64,000 nucleotides of DNA, taken from the NCBI RefSeq assembly GCF_009914755.1, contig NC_060947.1, one strand, 5' to 3'. Each line of letters starts with the position of its first letter. Position 1 is the first letter of the stretch. Both the position numbers and the translations under genes were made by a program. This DNA comes from the human T2T-CHM13v2.0 reference genome, Homo sapiens. Below are positions 62,407 through 64,000 of this stretch, piece after piece. The notes under the pieces are model-generated. The model was not told the origin of the DNA and made no database searches. It saw nothing but the letters and a program-made list of their open reading frames with translations.

Positions 62407-62923
62407 AAGACATGTAGAAGAAAAAGCTTCATATTTTAGCAACTTTAACAGCAATTTCTTCTTGATTTTGAAAAAAAGCATTTTTATTTTGCACAAGGCC
62501 CTGCCAATTAAGTAGCCAGTGCTATGTAAACACCACATTTTCCCTACAACTCTATCACTTGGTACCCAACACACCTCAACAACTGCCTCAAATAGGTCAA
62601 CAGATACTCTAGCTCTGCTTCAAGGAAGCCACTTTGTGCTTTTTCCCCCTTAATTTTGCAAAATACTTTTATCAGAAGGAAATAAGAAAACAAGGTTGAT
62701 CAAAATATATATGTATAAACTATTGTTAATTCTGATATCCAGAGATATTAATATTAACATTTTGGTATATATCATGTTTATATGCACATATACTCATTTA
62801 TGTAAAAACAAATGACATTAAACCATATGTGTTTTAGTGATCTTCTCTTTTAATCTTCTTGTCACTAAATATGTACATTATTTTTATTTTCATAAGAAAA
62901 TATATCTGTTGACTCGGGTTCAG

Positions 62924-63036
62924 GGCTTATAGTCCCAGCTACTCAAGAGGCTGAAGCAAGAGGATCACTTGAGCCCAGGAGTTTAAGGCCAGCCTGGGCA
63001 GGCCTTAAAGAGATTCCATCTTCAAGAAAAAAAAAA
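62924..63036 (+). mobile_element. FLAM / Alu monomer fragment
   Basis: tagtcccagctactcaagaggctg...gccagcctgggca followed by an A-tail. Confidence 0.75.
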
Positions 63037-63520
63037 GTCTTAAAAAGAAGAGAAAATAAGTTTGTTGATGTCTCCAGTCATAAAAAAATAGCTTATTCTG
63101 AAAAAACATTAGACAATACAGAAATGTACAAATAAGAAAGTGAAAATTCTACTTAATCTCACCATTCTATCACTCCTAGTAATTTGGAACAGATACTTTG
63201 AGACTTTCTTCTATGTATATAAATATATACACACATAAATGAATGATATATTACATATACATACTTAAAAATGGGATCACACTCTATATGATTATATAAT
63301 CTTTCTATTTTCCTATAGAATAAGGATACGTTTCCATGTCATTAAGTATATATCAATATATACTTTTATATAAATTAATCATTCTACATTTAATATTCTC
63401 CATCTTCATATTATCTCCTAACATGTCTTAGATAGCTTTCCCATGCCAATCATATAGATTTCTCTTATCCTTTTTAACAACTAAGTAACATTTCATTGTA
63501 TGAATTTATTATAATATAAC

Positions 63521-63994
63521 TGTTACAGAAACACCGGGGGTTCAGTCTAGGTCCTACTGCTCACCGCACAGAAAGCCAATCACTGAGACCAGTATTGCCA
63601 AGGAAGAAGGCTTTAATCAGGTGGTGCAGCTGAGGAGATGGGAGATCAGTCTCAAATCCACCTCCCTAATTGACTAAAATTAGGGGTTTATATAGCAGGG
63701 GAAAAAATGTAACTATGTGTGGGAAAACAGGGACTCCAGAGAAGGAATGAGGGACATGGCATTTCATTGTCTGGATGTGATGATTTGGTGAGTTTCAGTT
63801 CTTTGATACTTTTGAGAGGCCTGAGGGTCCCTTCCTGAGGAAAGAACTTAGATAAAACAAATGTATGTTTCAAGCTTTAAAACAAGAAGGGTTGTAATAT
63901 TCCTTATAAAACTGGTAAAAAAAAAAAAGCAGAAAAGTCAATTTCTATGTTTTGCCAAGAAAAAAATGTCTATGGGACTATTAGATCAGTTTCA
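63521..63994 (-). mobile_element. ERV1-class solo LTR (subfamily not assigned)
   Basis: TG...CA termini, 474 bp, 4-bp TSD taac (63517-63520 / 63995-63998). Confidence 0.8.
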
Positions 63995-64000
63995 TAACTA

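Larger units (their letters stand above)
59406..62522. mobile_element. hAT-Tip100-like MITE (MER45-like), split into 59406-59593 and 62407-62522
   Basis: acctgtgcagtcacacagg...aaattcttaat on the left and ttttgcacaaggccctgc...gtagccag on the right. Confidence 0.6.

Overview
This is primate (human-like) genomic DNA made up almost entirely of interspersed repeats. I found no intact cellular protein-coding gene and no prokaryotic-type system. Repeat subfamily names come from recalled consensus sequences and need RepeatMasker/Dfam confirmation. Main content: several LINE-1 copies of different ages, nearly all on the + strand; about 20 Alu/FLAM/FAM SINEs; a deleted ERV9/LTR12 provirus (33918-38931, -); an env-deficient HERV-K14/HML-1-like provirus (48732-56397, -) carrying a nested solo LTR12; a full THE1 MaLR element (59719-62052, -); solo LTRs; and DNA-transposon relics including a piggyBac MER85. 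Most notable observations: (1) a small BAZ2A retrocopy split by the ERV9, whose coding part is joined directly to a poly(A)-signal-bearing 3' end, apparently at a cryptic splice donor; (2) an ERV9 with duplicated U5-PBS modules and a 3' LTR lacking its poly(A) signal; (3) a perfect 24-bp hairpin created by a local inverted duplication near 12.6 kb; (4) several deep nested-insertion stacks.
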